A model generated the notes under the pieces. That model did not search any database. It saw only the letters and a program-made list of their open reading frames with translations, and was not told the origin of the DNA. Below, in pieces: positions 34,753-50,090 of a DNA stretch of 64,000 nt (position 1 is its first letter; each line of letters opens with the position of its first letter). This stretch comes from Hydrurus foetidus (lineage: Eukaryota), in assembly GCA_900617105.1 (NCBI GenBank), contig UYFQ01000685.1:62001-126000 (forward strand). The letters run 5' to 3'. Both the position numbers and the translations under genes were made by a program.

Positions 34753-37700
34753 ATGGAGCTGCCTGGGATGGCCGCTGACCAACTATTGATCGATGAAAGC
34801 AACGTTAGAGATGAACACTGGGAGCCACCAGTGCGAAATTTAGATCGTTTTTTCACTTCTATGTATCAGTATTATGTCGCCAAAGGTCTTCCTGCTGTGA
34901 TTTTGCTCCAGATTTGTGGTGTTGTAACTCTGGGCTTTACAATTTCTGCAAGCATATTCTTGTTGGCATTTGTTGATTGGAATAACTTGAGGCAATGCAA
35001 GGACGAGAAGACTTGTGAACTAAGTATTTTGATCAAGCTACCTTTCCAGGACACATCTGTAGTATTCGCCGTCGTGGTTGTTATGTATGGGTTGCTATTC
35101 GGGGCATTCTGGATTTGGAAGCTCATCTCAGCTGTTCACGTAGTCATGAGTGCCATCACGATGGAAAGATTTTACAGGGAAAAATTAGGTTTAAGACTAT
35201 CTGATTTGAATGAGATGCAGTGGCATGAAGTCTTGCAACGCTTGATTCTTCTTCATGAACATGGCATCCATCGTGTAGCTATCCAAGATAAGCTGACAGA
35301 GCATGATGTTGTGTTAAGAATTATGCGGAAAGATAACTACATGATAGGATTAATCAACAAGAAGCTACTCGGTAAGTGCGTAAGGTGTCAGTCTTTTTAG
35401 CTGACAGCTCCACTACATAGCCAACGTTCTTCAACCGTACCTCCACCTCATCTTTCATCATTTAATCACGATGAGCTGAATCATTCCTGCTGTATTTCTG
35501 TTTTATTATTAGATCTCCGCGTTCCATGGTGGATATCTCCGATTATGTCGGAAAGATTATTCCTTACAAAATCTTTAGAATGGTCCTTGTCATTCTGCAT
35601 TCTGGAGTACATGTTCAATGAAGAATTTGTGATATCTTCTTCATTTCTGAAGAACGTTCCTTTGCTTCAAACTCGACTCAGAGTACTTGGTGTGGTGCAC
35701 ATGTTACTACTGCCTTTCATGGTCATTTTCATGTCGATTCATTTTTTCTTCCAGAATGCTCAGTCATTTCATAGCAGCAAAACGTACTTGGGTCCGAGGC
35801 AGTGGTCTCCTTTAGCTCTCTGGTCATTTCGAGAATTCAATGAGTTGCCTCATATATTCAGTGAACGAATTAATAAATCGTATGAGCCCTCCAACGAATA
35901 CATACAATCATTCAGTAATCCGTATGCCGCAATAATCGCCACATTTGTGGTATATCTTGGTGGTGCTGGTGTTGCCATTATTCTTCTCATCAGCATATTC
36001 TCCGAAGGTGCTTTACTGTACGTATCAATTTTTGAGCATAATTTATTGTGGCATTTGGGAATATTTTCCGCAATTTACGCAGGTGCTAGATCCCTTATAC
36101 CCGACAAAACGAAAATCAAAGAAGGTTCTGCAGAACTTCTTGCGCACGTTTCAGCGTTTACTCATTACTATCCTCCCCATTGGATGAACCGATGTCACAC
36201 TACAATAGTGAGAGATGAAATGTCGGAGTTATTTCCGTATAAGGTTCATCTCTTTTGCATGGAGTTGTTGAGTGTCATACTCACTCCAATAGTGTTGTGT
36301 TTCTCCCTCCCTCCCAGCGCACAGAGCATCATTGACTTTGTCAGGTCAGTCTTATATACCACTATAATTTCATACCGCAATATCTATGGTTTGAGTGTTA
36401 TCATTCTCTATCGGCCAGTAATTTTCTCTTCGTCTATTGCCATACAGAGTACACGTCACACAATACATAAAACTGAAGCCTGTTTAATGCGTCTATGCTA
36501 ACTCGTATTTTTTAGTACGTTCTTAATTTGATACTTTTACAAAAGCTTTCTCAAACATTTCTTCTTTAACATCTCTGCCATCCAGAACAAAACTTCTCAA
36601 TTTTTTTAAAATTTCATGTGCAAGATTCTTCACTGTTGTTTGATTCTCTATTTAATTTTTCATCCATCAATTGAGTATGTTCTCACATCATTAAGAAGTT
36701 CTTTTTCTTTAACATTCCAGGATAACTTTTTCCATCAGTATTTTGCTCTATCTATGTTAGTTGACTAGTGATTTCAACTCTCAGTATTTTGTTATATCTT
36801 TTTTACCGATCTTCAGGGACCACAGTAAGTACGTGGAGGGAGTGGGAGCTGTATGCGACTACAGGTACTAAAATATTTAACATCGTCTAATTTCATAGAC
36901 GTTTTTAAAAGTAGGTTGTATGGCATCACACTGGCTATAGCTATGGATGGAGAGATAATGCATACTTCGTAGTAAAGTGTTCGCATCCATTGCACCATTT
37001 GGTTTTGAAGATTTTTTGATTTATTCTTGTAATTGTAATTGTAATTGTCTGGTTGCTGATTGACTTGAATCTAGCTAGCACTACTTAGATGGACAGGAAC
37101 TACGAAATATTAAATATCCGTTTATTTCGAAATCCAATAATGTAATATTGCATGATATCTTGTCCAATGATATATTATTCGCTAACATGATATAAAACGA
37201 CACAATATTCACTACTACACTATCACAGTTTGTTTGATTTCGACTTACTTGGGGATGATCAATTTGGTGCGCCAGTCAAGGGGTGTCTCGAAGAATCACA
37301 GAGGTGAGAAATAATAGTAATGATGATAACAACAATGATAACGATGATGATAGCAGTAATGGCCACAGTAACGAAGAAGATTTGCAGTGCATAGGTGTAT
37401 CCAAGCGCGTTCATATCATATCGAATTTGATAATTACTTTACTTACTTCGATACGATCTCAAATCTAACACATGTCTAGTGTCTGTATTATGTCAACAGT
37501 ACTGCGCACCTTTATGACCATTTTACAACTACCCAGCATTCCTAAAAATTGAAACATCCGTACCTAATACTTCAAACCCAGACCGGATAACGGCAAGATG
37601 GAGAAGAGTTTCATCAACTTCAAGCAAGCTCATCCTAGGTGGAGGGCAGGATTGGGAGGAGGGGAAGCTCTGCTGGAAAATGTGCAGAATTACCGCGCAA

Positions 37701-39927
37701 CAATGTACGTTGGAGTTGCAGTTGAAGTTAAACTTATTGAGTTGATATAGACTAATTGAGGAGGGAAGGGAGGGTATCTTATATGGATCAGAATAGAATG
37801 GAGGAGTGGAGAATGTAAGGGAGTAGAGTAGAATGGAAGAGAGTAGAATAGAATAGTATAAAATAGAATAGAATAGTGTAGTGTAGTATAGGAAGGAGTA
37901 GAATAGAATAGAGAAGAATAGAATAGAGCGAATTTGATTGAAAGGGAAGAAGCTGAAAGGTGGGTCGATCGTGTGGAGCAAAAGAAAGAACAGGAACAGC
38001 AGACAATAGCGGAGATAAACAAACATCATAGTGAACGACGTCATTACTTATCTAGACATTTACTTCACATTTAATATGGGATATTATCGACCATTGAAAC
38101 TCAAATTAACTTGCACATTTGTTTTATCGCTCTTGCCGAGAATAGCAGTGCTGTCAGTTGATAACCTTCTATTTAGTGATATCTAGCACCAATCCTCTGT
38201 CTCATTCGCATCATTCCCATCACTTTTGTAAGTTACTCTTGTCCCTTTTTATTTCACTTTCAAATAGCTCTTTTATTTATCTATCTGTTTGTTAATTTAT
38301 TCATTAATTTTTTTATTTTGACTCCTGTTATTTTTACACACTTGCACAATATGACGGAACACTTTGCAGGGAGCATCAGAGGGATAGGAATATCGCCACC
38401 GCAATACAAGATTCTCTTTGTTTTCGTTCAGGAGGTGAAGGGCGGGATCCGTCCTATCAGTTATCAAATCACACAGAACAAAAAACAAATATGAGAAATC
38501 TATCTCCACATTCCGCAAGAGAACTTGGACTCTCAGATTCCATTCAAAGCATTATTAATAAAACAGAAAGTTCCAATGAAGTCAGTGCAAAAGCTGTACA
38601 ACAATTGGACAATAAAGATGCGCCTTCTCATACTAGTAGTGGACCTGGAACTTTATCTGGAATCAACACGGGGGCAAATAATGGAACAGTGGCCGGAACC
38701 GGCTTGGGGCCTGGAGTGATCCCTAAAAATGAGAATGTTCCTTTTACGGGTCCGAATGGTGTGTGGGGTCCGACCGGATATACTCGACCTGAGAACCAGA
38801 ACTCAAATTCCAACAACAATTCCAACAATATTCCTAAAGGGATGACAGATAATAATAATGGGGGGAGAAAACTGGGACCAAGAAATGGTCAAGAAACTTT
38901 TCCCCCTGGGGATACTGCTGTTTCTTACTACAAATCGGGCAGTCCTTCTTATACGGTTTATGGAAAAGAACGGAAGGAACTCGGGCCTAATCTTGGAATC
39001 TCACACGGACTCAATGAACTCGGAGAGAGTGGGTCAATTCCAGGATTTGGCGCTGGATTCAGTGCTACTAGGACCGTGGAACGGGTAAATTCCAGAAATG
39101 ATATGCCAGCAATATTGCGGAGTATTTTGAAGCAGGAGAATATTGACTACCAAAATGATTTTTATTGGATGAATAGGTTTCAGCAAGAAAGAATGAGAGA
39201 TCCTGAAACGTTCGAGAAATCAATGGAACAATCTACATCACTTCTTAGGAAACATGATACCAATAATTATTCCTCCAATCGTAGTATGTTATTCGACCCT
39301 GAAGGAAGTTATTTTAATTCTCTCAGTCAAAGTAACATTCAAAATAATATGCAAAGTAACATTCAGAATCAGGGTCAGGGTGTCTTTCAGTCAAGAAACA
39401 GTAGAATGAATAATACGGATTTGCCATATTACAACACTATGCGATCGAAGCCTACAGATCAACCTAGTAGTGGAAATAGTGGCAATATCGGTGAAAGAGA
39501 TAGAGACAGGGGAAGGGGAGGAGAAAGAGAGAGAGGGGCAGGAAGAGAGAGAGGAGGAGGGACAGGGGGTGACCAAAGCGGATTTATGTTTTCACTTCCT
39601 CAAGGAATGAGAGGCATGGGTTCGAGTCTCGGTCCAGGATTCGAAAGTTCCATACTAGGGGGCGACATGATGATAAGAGAGGGGGATGAGGGGGAGGAAG
39701 GGGGAGAGATTGAGAGGGGAGAAAGAGGAGGCGGGGAGGGGTATTCCCGAATGGGTCTCGCATATGACGGGGACGGTGCTATGGGCGATATGAGAAATCA
39801 AAATCAACCTCCACCACCCAATATGTACACCAGTGTACCGCAACGGCAACATGATCAACATCAAAGTCAACACAGCAACCATCGGCAAAAACAAGGAAAA
39901 CGATATAACTCTTCCAATAATATGTAA
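34753..39927 (+). CDS. ATG9: Autophagy-related protein 9 (lipid scramblase), multi-exon, long disordered C-terminus
   Basis: NLDRFFTSMYQYY, DVVLRIMRKDNYMIGLINK, LTKSLEWSL, LGPRQWSPLALWSFREFNELPH, LSVILTPIVLCFSLP, then short exons (YVEGVGAVCDY, GKMEKSFINF). Confidence 0.95.
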
Positions 39928-41031
39928 TTACTGTTGACACTGTAATATCATGTTTTTTGAGGAAACATGAATTTTTTTGTAGACAAACATAAGATTTGAT
40001 GGAACGTACATTTCTTACGTACATTTTAAGGTACATTTTTATGTCATACTTTGCATGGCCGCAATGTTTATTAAGTTCACTTCATAATTTACGGAATCCA
40101 AGAACACTTAATTTAACATCGCACAGTTTGTAACAATTAAAGTCAATTTTATTCAACACAGCTTCAGCTGCTGCTTTATATTTAGTGCTTTACACCGTAA
40201 TTGTTATGCGGGGATTTTCTTCTCATCTGGCAGTAAATCGTGACTGACCCCTCTATCTAGTGCGGTAATAAATGATCTGTGATCAAGCAAATATTCTGTT
40301 CGGTCTGAATATCAGCAAATGGATGAATTTGATGTGATTGCACAGGGTGTGAGAAATCGTTACGCGTGATATTATCCGGTATGCCGTATTTGTCGGTATC
40401 TGTATTCCGTATTCCAGTTTTAAAATCATTACTTTCCACCGCAACGCAATTCTCGTACTAAGGCTAATGAAGAATTAGCGAGGCTCATGATTGATAATCT
40501 AAACAATCCGTCTCACTTGAAACATCAGAGAAGAGAATTGTTTATTACAGAATGTAATGAGCTGGTCAAATTGATGCTTTCTGATGAAAATTGACGCATG
40601 TAGTGTGAACTCTTTTCGAAAGTAATTATATAGTATTTTTGTCGATAATTTAGTACAGTGCTATTTTTAAAATTTTTAAAAACGGAGAAATATTTCCAGT
40701 GTTTCAAAACGGTCCAACTCGAGCTCTTGCTACGTACCGCAGCTCAGCTTCATCACATTGCAACGGTACTAACAATCAGCCAGCAAGATTGAAAAAGGAA
40801 GAAAAGTGATCTGAACCTTTCGGTATCCCGTCGGGTCTTCCGAACATTTTGGTTATTGATTTGAAATCAGTGACGGCTGCGATCCCTTCTTAAGGAGTAC
40901 ATTTTTAGCTGTAGAAAGACAGCTCGTGGATAGTAATTTAGTCGCAGTGCAGAATAGTTCACTCAAAATTTTGATATCAACCTCCTTCTAGTAGTATAAC
41001 AACACTGCGATACTGCTTACAGAACCGTGAA

Positions 41032-43912
41032 ATGTTTCCCTTTGATCACCCAGTCGCTATTGGATGTGCCGTTCTCCTGATAGTTACTTTCAGTATGAAT
41101 TATGTAATAAACGACTGCGAAAATGTCCTCGGATTGGTAGCAGTGAATACCATGATCGCTGATACAAAATTCTGGAACATAATCACTTGCCAATTCTATG
41201 AGAATTCGATACTAAAGCTCGCTTTTGACATCGCTGGAATCCTTGTAGTGACTAAATCGATGAAGCTCCCTGCTGCTCTTGATCAGTTTGGTCTTTTCTG
41301 CGCGGTTTCCTTCTTATCATGCTCTATCTTTACTTCTGTGTACTGTTTCGTTCGTTTTTTCCTGACTGGAATAGAGGACATGGTCATGGATCCTATTTAT
41401 GGGTTTGCGGGCGTTTTCATGACGATGCTAACTTACGGACGACAGCAGATGCAGAACGAGAGAATCTTCCCTACTATTCCACATATAACCTACAACAATC
41501 TCCCTATATTAGTGGTTATTGCTCAAGTGACATTGTGGCTTTTCGGTTTCACGGTGCTTGCTATTGATATTCCTTTTTCAATTATTTCCATGTTAGTATC
41601 TTGGTCATATCTACGCTTCTACTATAAATTCGATGAGAACAGTGCAGTCCTAGGAGATAAAGCAGAGGAATTTGCTTTCGTAGCTATGTTCCCAGAGGTG
41701 CGTACTAGTAAATCTCAACTGATCCGAAGTGAAGTAAAGTGAACTTTATGAAATTTATTTCTCCAGCTATGCTACTCCTCAATGCATCGAAATTGATCAC
41801 TTCCTAGTCGCATTTGAATTAATATTATTCGCAGAATATTGACACTGTAATTGGTTGTGGTTACCGAAATCAATCACGTCATAGATTCTGTGAATACAGT
41901 ATCGTAATCATTTTCATTTATTGCAACTTTTCCCCTCTTTTTTCTTACTTTTATAGACTCTGCAACTGGTGGTTGTTCCGATGACGACCGCGTTCTACAA
42001 CATATTCGCAATGTGCGGAATCTTCCCTGAACTAGAAACACAAACAGAAAAGCCAAAACTTTCACATCATCTTCGGTGAGTCCATCTTTTCTTTTATTCT
42101 ACTCTCTCTCTCTTCTTATCTCTTCCCTTCTCTTGTCTTCACCTCTCATTTCTAATCTCTTCTGTTCACAATTCCTACTGTATGCTTTCTTTTGAGGCAA
42201 CTTTGTTGACAGTGGAATCGCATCCGTACTCTCTTATACTCGACAATCACCACACATTCTCAGATGTGACGTGTCAACCAACACACGATCGCCTACTTAC
42301 TATGCGAGATAGCACCGCCCGATACTGCCATTATCATCCCCCTCAGAATGGCACTGATATAAACGCTAACTCTTTTCTCTTCCCTTCTCTTACTCTTTCT
42401 CTTATACACAAAAACATATCGCAGATATGAAAACGTGCCTGAAGTCGCCACTCCCACTACTCCGCTTAGGAACGCTGACGTGGTGCAGGACAGGAGAAGA
42501 GCAAAAGCACTCAAAGTACGTACCAACTGTACAGCACGCATTGCACCCTACCGTACATACATGCCTGCTCTTCATTTACTTAACTGAGTACTGATCAAAT
42601 GATGTGGAGATGTATGAGTAACACATGTAGACGAATTGGTGGCTGTAGGTAATAGTGTGTGTTCAGTATTCCGTATTCTGTATACTGTCTACAAGTGCTG
42701 CTAGACTTGAGTAATCTTTTCTCTGAGTATATCAGTCAATGTGTGACGTCATCAGTGACGCAGCAGCAACTATGCACCTCCTCTGTTTATTTCTTTCCAT
42801 GCTTGGATTAGTCTGACAGCGTCTCTGCGGCATGGTGATAATGTTAGTAACATCTTCTTTTAAACGATTACTTGATGTATTGACCGCTTCGCTTCATCAA
42901 TCTCCACTCATTTCTAACTTGTTCTCACCTCACTCTCTTTGACCGATATCTTCCCTTATCTCCCTTCAAGTCATCCAACGTCACTTCGCCTCTATCACTT
43001 CGCCACATCACCTTGCCACATGTCACCTCACCATACTCCTATTCTCCTGATCTAGCCTCTCGCTTCACTTCACACTTCACCTCGAAGCACTTCATATCAT
43101 CTAACTTCATTTATTGTAACGCACACCGTAAACTCCGTAATACTTATACCGTAAACCTCGTCATATAACAGCTGCTTGACGCGAAGATGGCCCAGCTGAA
43201 TGATGTGGAGGGGGAAGGGGATGGATGGAACGAAAAGGTGGGTTCGTGGATCTTATCCTGGAATCAACAGAGACTCCATTATTCCCATCAATTCACATTT
43301 AATGTATATTCCTTCTTGTCTTGTTATCGGTCAATTGTGATGCCATTCATATTCATCAAAGAAATCTTCTCTCTTTGGTCTTCTCGATAACTTACTCTTA
43401 TGTGGTACAGACATCATTATTTTGATGTATTGTGTTGTGTTGTTTTGTACTGTACTTCCTTCTTTATTTCACTTCGGTGATTCTATGGAGATCAACCGTT
43501 TGAGGCGATAGCACTTACACAGGAAAAATAAACCAACACCTTTCTTAGAAAGTTACCCTATTTCACCCACCTTTGATGACACTCTCTGTCATTCAATCCG
43601 TCACATTACACCGCACTTCATTTCCTGTTCATCTGAACGCACACAGCTGTCATCTTATCTACTTTGTTCCTTCTTCCATTTTTGTTCCTTCCTTCTTCAC
43701 GATATCTCTTTCTCACTCTTTATCTCTCTGATTATTCTCTACTCACTCACACTCACTCATTCACTCACTCACACATACACTCTCTCTCTCACGCTCGCTC
43801 ACTCACTCACTCACTTGCTCGTATGTACGTACTGTACTTACTATAGGATGGCGAGGACTTGGAGGCTCCTCCTGTCACCACTGATTCGGAGCAAAACACC
43901 GTCAGAATATGA
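41032..43912 (+). CDS. TMEM115: Transmembrane protein 115 (rhomboid-like Golgi protein, DUF1751)
   Basis: VSWSYLRFY..GDKAEEFAFVAMFPE and RRRAKALK motifs; exons approximately 41032-41697, 41957-42075, 42425-42515, 43171-43238, 43847-43912. Confidence 0.8.
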
Positions 43913-44574
43913 TGTGACGCACGTACACACGCACGTACACATGTATACCGTCCTCACCTCACTACACCTTTCATATCCTTCCCTTCCCTACCGTTCACTG
44001 CAGCGAAGTAACGAATTTGTTTAACGTGTGGCTTACGGCACTCACTGACTTTTACTGTTACACATATTAAGGCTGGCAGGTCTGGTCAATTTATCTTATC
44101 CTGTGGTCCAATAAACTCTCTCCCGAAGGTGTATTCAAATACATCGATTAGAGAGAGATCATCAATTTAAGCCGAGAAAAGAGACAGACCATTTATCTTT
44201 TTTTTACATAAACTTTTTGGGCGTAGAAGCTCGAGCATTTTTTTCTCTTTTTTTCTGGTCTTTTTTTCTTCGGAAAAATCGGTCCTTCTTCTTTTCTTTC
44301 TTTCTTTTGTACAATTATTTTTTAATTAAGATAACTAACTGTTGATATTATGACCCAGAGGATGTCCGTATAAATTGTTCGACATAGATTTCTACATGTT
44401 ATGCAGGAACAGTGCAGCGGTGATGTTGTGTGCGGACAATAAACAGAGCAGTTGCTGTGATCGTCTCGTCTGTCTTGTATGATAAATATTTTCATTTCTG
44501 TTGATCACGTGGCTTACTGACGTGGTGCAAATCAAAAATGAGATGTCTGTGCCGTACGTGTCATCTCGTTGGTA

Positions 44575-46501
<1,927 letters not shown>

Positions 46502-46957
46502 CGGCTTCACTGAGTCGATGGTTCTTTGTCAAACAACAATGTCTTTCACAGTGGATTGTGAGCATTCAGCACTCTCTGCAGCATTCACTAGTCGTACGAC
46601 CGTCCGTTCTAACGAGTCTGGTGAGATTGTAGATGAAGTGTTCCAACAGTGAGTGTCATTTACGACATAATCGCTACAGTATCAGAAGAAACCATTTCCC
46701 AGAAAACTCAGTGTAGGGAAGAGGTGTGAATTACCGACTCTGAGAAAAGATTAAAAAAATCTTGAATTGATGTAAATTGGCTTGGTGGTTAAACAATGTC
46801 ATGAAAAAATATTTCAAAAAAATTACTTCGCTCTATGCTTTAACATACGGATAAATATTAGGCAGCAATACCATATCAATGATCGTCAATGAACAAATAA
46901 GGTAGCTTATAAAAGAAGAGAATTCCAAAAATCACAAACGGTATGTGACAGCGAAAT

Positions 46958-48050
46958 CTAATGAGTAAACGTAGTGGGATACCATTTATGGAGAAGATTG
47001 AAGATTTCAGCATAAGCTACTTCGAGGTCACTGTTCACAACAAGAGCATCGAAGTTGCCTGCAGCTGATCCAAATTCCATTTCCTCACATGCTGTTCTGA
47101 GTCTTATTTGAATTTTGTCTTCTGCCTCTGTGCCTCTTCCGCGTAGTCTCGATTCAAGTTCTGCCATTGATGGCGGTGCGATGAAAATGAACTTGCAGGC
47201 GAGAGAACTCAACTTTACTTTCTGGACGCCTTGGATGTCGATGTCGAGGATGCATATCTTGTTCTGAGACTGGACCTGTGATTATGTGCATCATCATGTC
47301 ATGTCAAGTTGGGCATGGATAGTATGATGTCTATTTGTTTTTATCGTCACGTAGGAACCTCGCTTTATCACACCCTCCGCACATAGTAAATAGTCTTACC
47401 TTCTTGACGGACGCAACAGAGGTACCGTACATATTTGTGTGAACCTTTGCGTACTCAACGAATTCACCTCGTGCAATGGCTTTCTCCATGTCAATGATAT
47501 TGACAAAGTTGTAGTGAACACCATCGACCTCTCCCTCTCTAAACATAACAGAAAATTTTGGATTAAATTTTCAATGACATCTGGAAGCTTTATTAGCAAT
47601 CAGTGTACAGAATGGTGTGAGGAGATCTTCTATGTTCTACCTTGGTTGACGGGTAGTGTTCGAGACGCTGAATCCGAAAATCTCAGGGTATCTAGTCATG
47701 AGAAGGTTCACTAAGGTCCCTTTGCCGACACCTGAAGGTCCGGCGAAGACGATAGGAGGAAGCGATGCAGCTCCGGAAAGCGACGTAAAATAATCAGCGG
47801 AAAACCTCAGGAGGTCAGGCGATTTCTGAGTTCTCACAGCACTAATAAAGCCGTTCGTCAGCATCGCCATTTCAGGGTTATTTTCGAGATACCTCTGATT
47901 TTCGATTGAAAGAGATGTGATGTATTTTATGTCTTTGTCGTCCCTGCGTAATGGTGATGGACATGTCAATAGGGGATTAAATTGAATGGACCTCCGCTCG
48001 TCAGGACTGATGGAGCGATAGAGACGAAGCCAAAACTCACATTTCTCCAA
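46958..48050 (-). CDS. Guanylate kinase with N-terminal RIIa (dimerization/docking)-like domain; 5' end uncertain
   Basis: P-loop [71 protein letters not shown]; preceded by [40 protein letters not shown]. Confidence 0.88.
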
Positions 48051-48893
48051 AACTTTTAATTCAATTCTCCTATGACTTCACGAAGATATTGAAGTTGACA
48101 TCAGCGATGCTTACCGATTGAAAATTTAGATCGTATCGCTTGAATCTGGCTCTCGATTGGACTGACTGTTATGTTGGAATATTTTCCGTGAATTGCGCGA
48201 CACTATTTTCTATTTTCCGTAATTGCATGATGCAAGTCAAACCTATGCGAACGAGGGTATCCGTTTTCCGTTGTGAGAGTTGTCTTGTGTATGTGGGAGG
48301 AATTAATGTGGAAGTTTAATTTTACATCTTCTCTGTCCCACCTCGTGCCTCTGGCAGTGACGACATAGTGTGGAGGTAAAGCTGGCGCGATTCCACCTCT
48401 TCGTCTACAGAGAAGCTGATCTCATCATATTAATCTATTTCAGATTGAACTAAATCACACCAATTTTTCTACATCGGCAACCTTAGACAATTTTATATTG
48501 TTTGAGAGGTGTGCATTTAGAGAGTCCCCGTACAACACTTCAGTGGAGAAGTGTTCGCAAATCTGCGATCATCATGTAGATCTCACATATTACGGACAGT
48601 GACTATGATCGAAGAGTATTATGCCGTTGGGACCGAATACGAAAATGCAACACAAGAATGTGCAGGCACTTGCGTGCTTCTCGCATGAGACTAAAAGACA
48701 TCCCCAATTCAATTCTTACCAATCCAGATTTCAAGTTGTGAGGAAGAAGAGAATCGCCTCGAATCTTGAGTTGCAGTCAGTCGTTTTACCGGATAGTATT
48801 TACTGCATAGTAACAAATAACAAACGACTAATAGAAGTAAGGAACTATGTTCTGTAGAATAGATATGTACATTAAAATTCACATCAAATGATT

Positions 48894-49660
48894 TCAGCCC
48901 CTCCCTCTTCCACCCCCTCTGCCTCCTCCACCACCTCCTCGACTAAACCCACTAGCACCTCCACGTCCTCCGCCCCTACTAAAAGTAGAGCCCCCAAAGC
49001 TTCGTCCTCCTGCACCACCCCTGCCCCCTGCAAACCCTCTTCCACCGCCTCTAGCGGGCGCTCCTCTCCCAGCCCCTCTTCCTCCTGCACCTCTGCCAGC
49101 AGGCTTACTCTCATTCGTGAATCGAGCCATAGGTAGCAACTTGTCTGTTCCGATGTAAACTTTATCCTCCAATTTGAATGACGTAGCATTTACACCACTG
49201 TCCGGCTTAATAGTAAAGTAAACTTTGTTGATCGGACCGAACACTTCTTCAACCTTCCCGATTTTTGACTTATTTTCAAGATATATCCCCGCATTAAAAT
49301 AAGGAATCATAACATGTGTTAGACGACACACCATTTCCCCTTCAACACCGTGCATGAAGGATCCAACCTCTGTATAAATATGATAATCGCTGTCAGTTTT
49401 TCGGCAGTAAGAAGTTGCAATCACACTTCGATGCAGCCACCGAAATAAAAAAACAGACGAAAAATCTTCGGTAGTAAATTATTACCTACGACTTCTGCTG
49501 GAGGGCCCTCATCGAAACCTCCTCCGCGGCCTCCTCCGCGACCTCCTCCACGTCCTCCACCGCGTCCTCCATCACGCCCGCCACCACGTCCTCCGTCACG
49601 TCCTCCCGAGAAACCGCGTCCACCACCTCGTGCGCCACCGGCGCCTCCTCTGAAACTCAT
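48894..49660 (-). CDS. GAR1: H/ACA snoRNP subunit GAR1 (2 exons, intron ~49371-49485)
   Basis: RGG-rich termini flanking [43 protein letters not shown]. Confidence 0.97.
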
Positions 49661-50090
49661 TGCTTGCAGAACTTTTCTAGGTTGCCACTGTTAATTACAA
49701 GCAGCTCACAAGCTTACTGCAAATGTGGAGAGAGGTTTCCCATATTTGGAGCCACTCACTCTTGCTCTACTTTTGGTCCAACCGGTCTTATGGGGGACAC
49801 CGATTTCACGGATCTCTCGAAATTTAACCGAAATTCTGCCAACCCACTGCTATATTGCTAAACGGTATTCGGTACTTACAGTTCAAGTGATGCCTAGTTG
49901 ATAAAATGATTACTCTACTCCCCAGAAGTAGAATCATTTACGAAGAAATGAGGTTGGTCAGCCTGCCTTGACCAGCCTACAAGGATGGCAGCGAGCTATT
50001 GTTGCTGTAGATACTTTGATGCGTGGAACACTTCGGGGTCGCAAATGCCGATGATTGAAAATGAGTGCTCTCATCGATTGAGAACATAGG

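Noticed and set aside
43474..43490. GGTGATTCTATGG resembling the TIR of the 9089 MITE
   Set aside because: No partner TIR or TSD found; too short to support.
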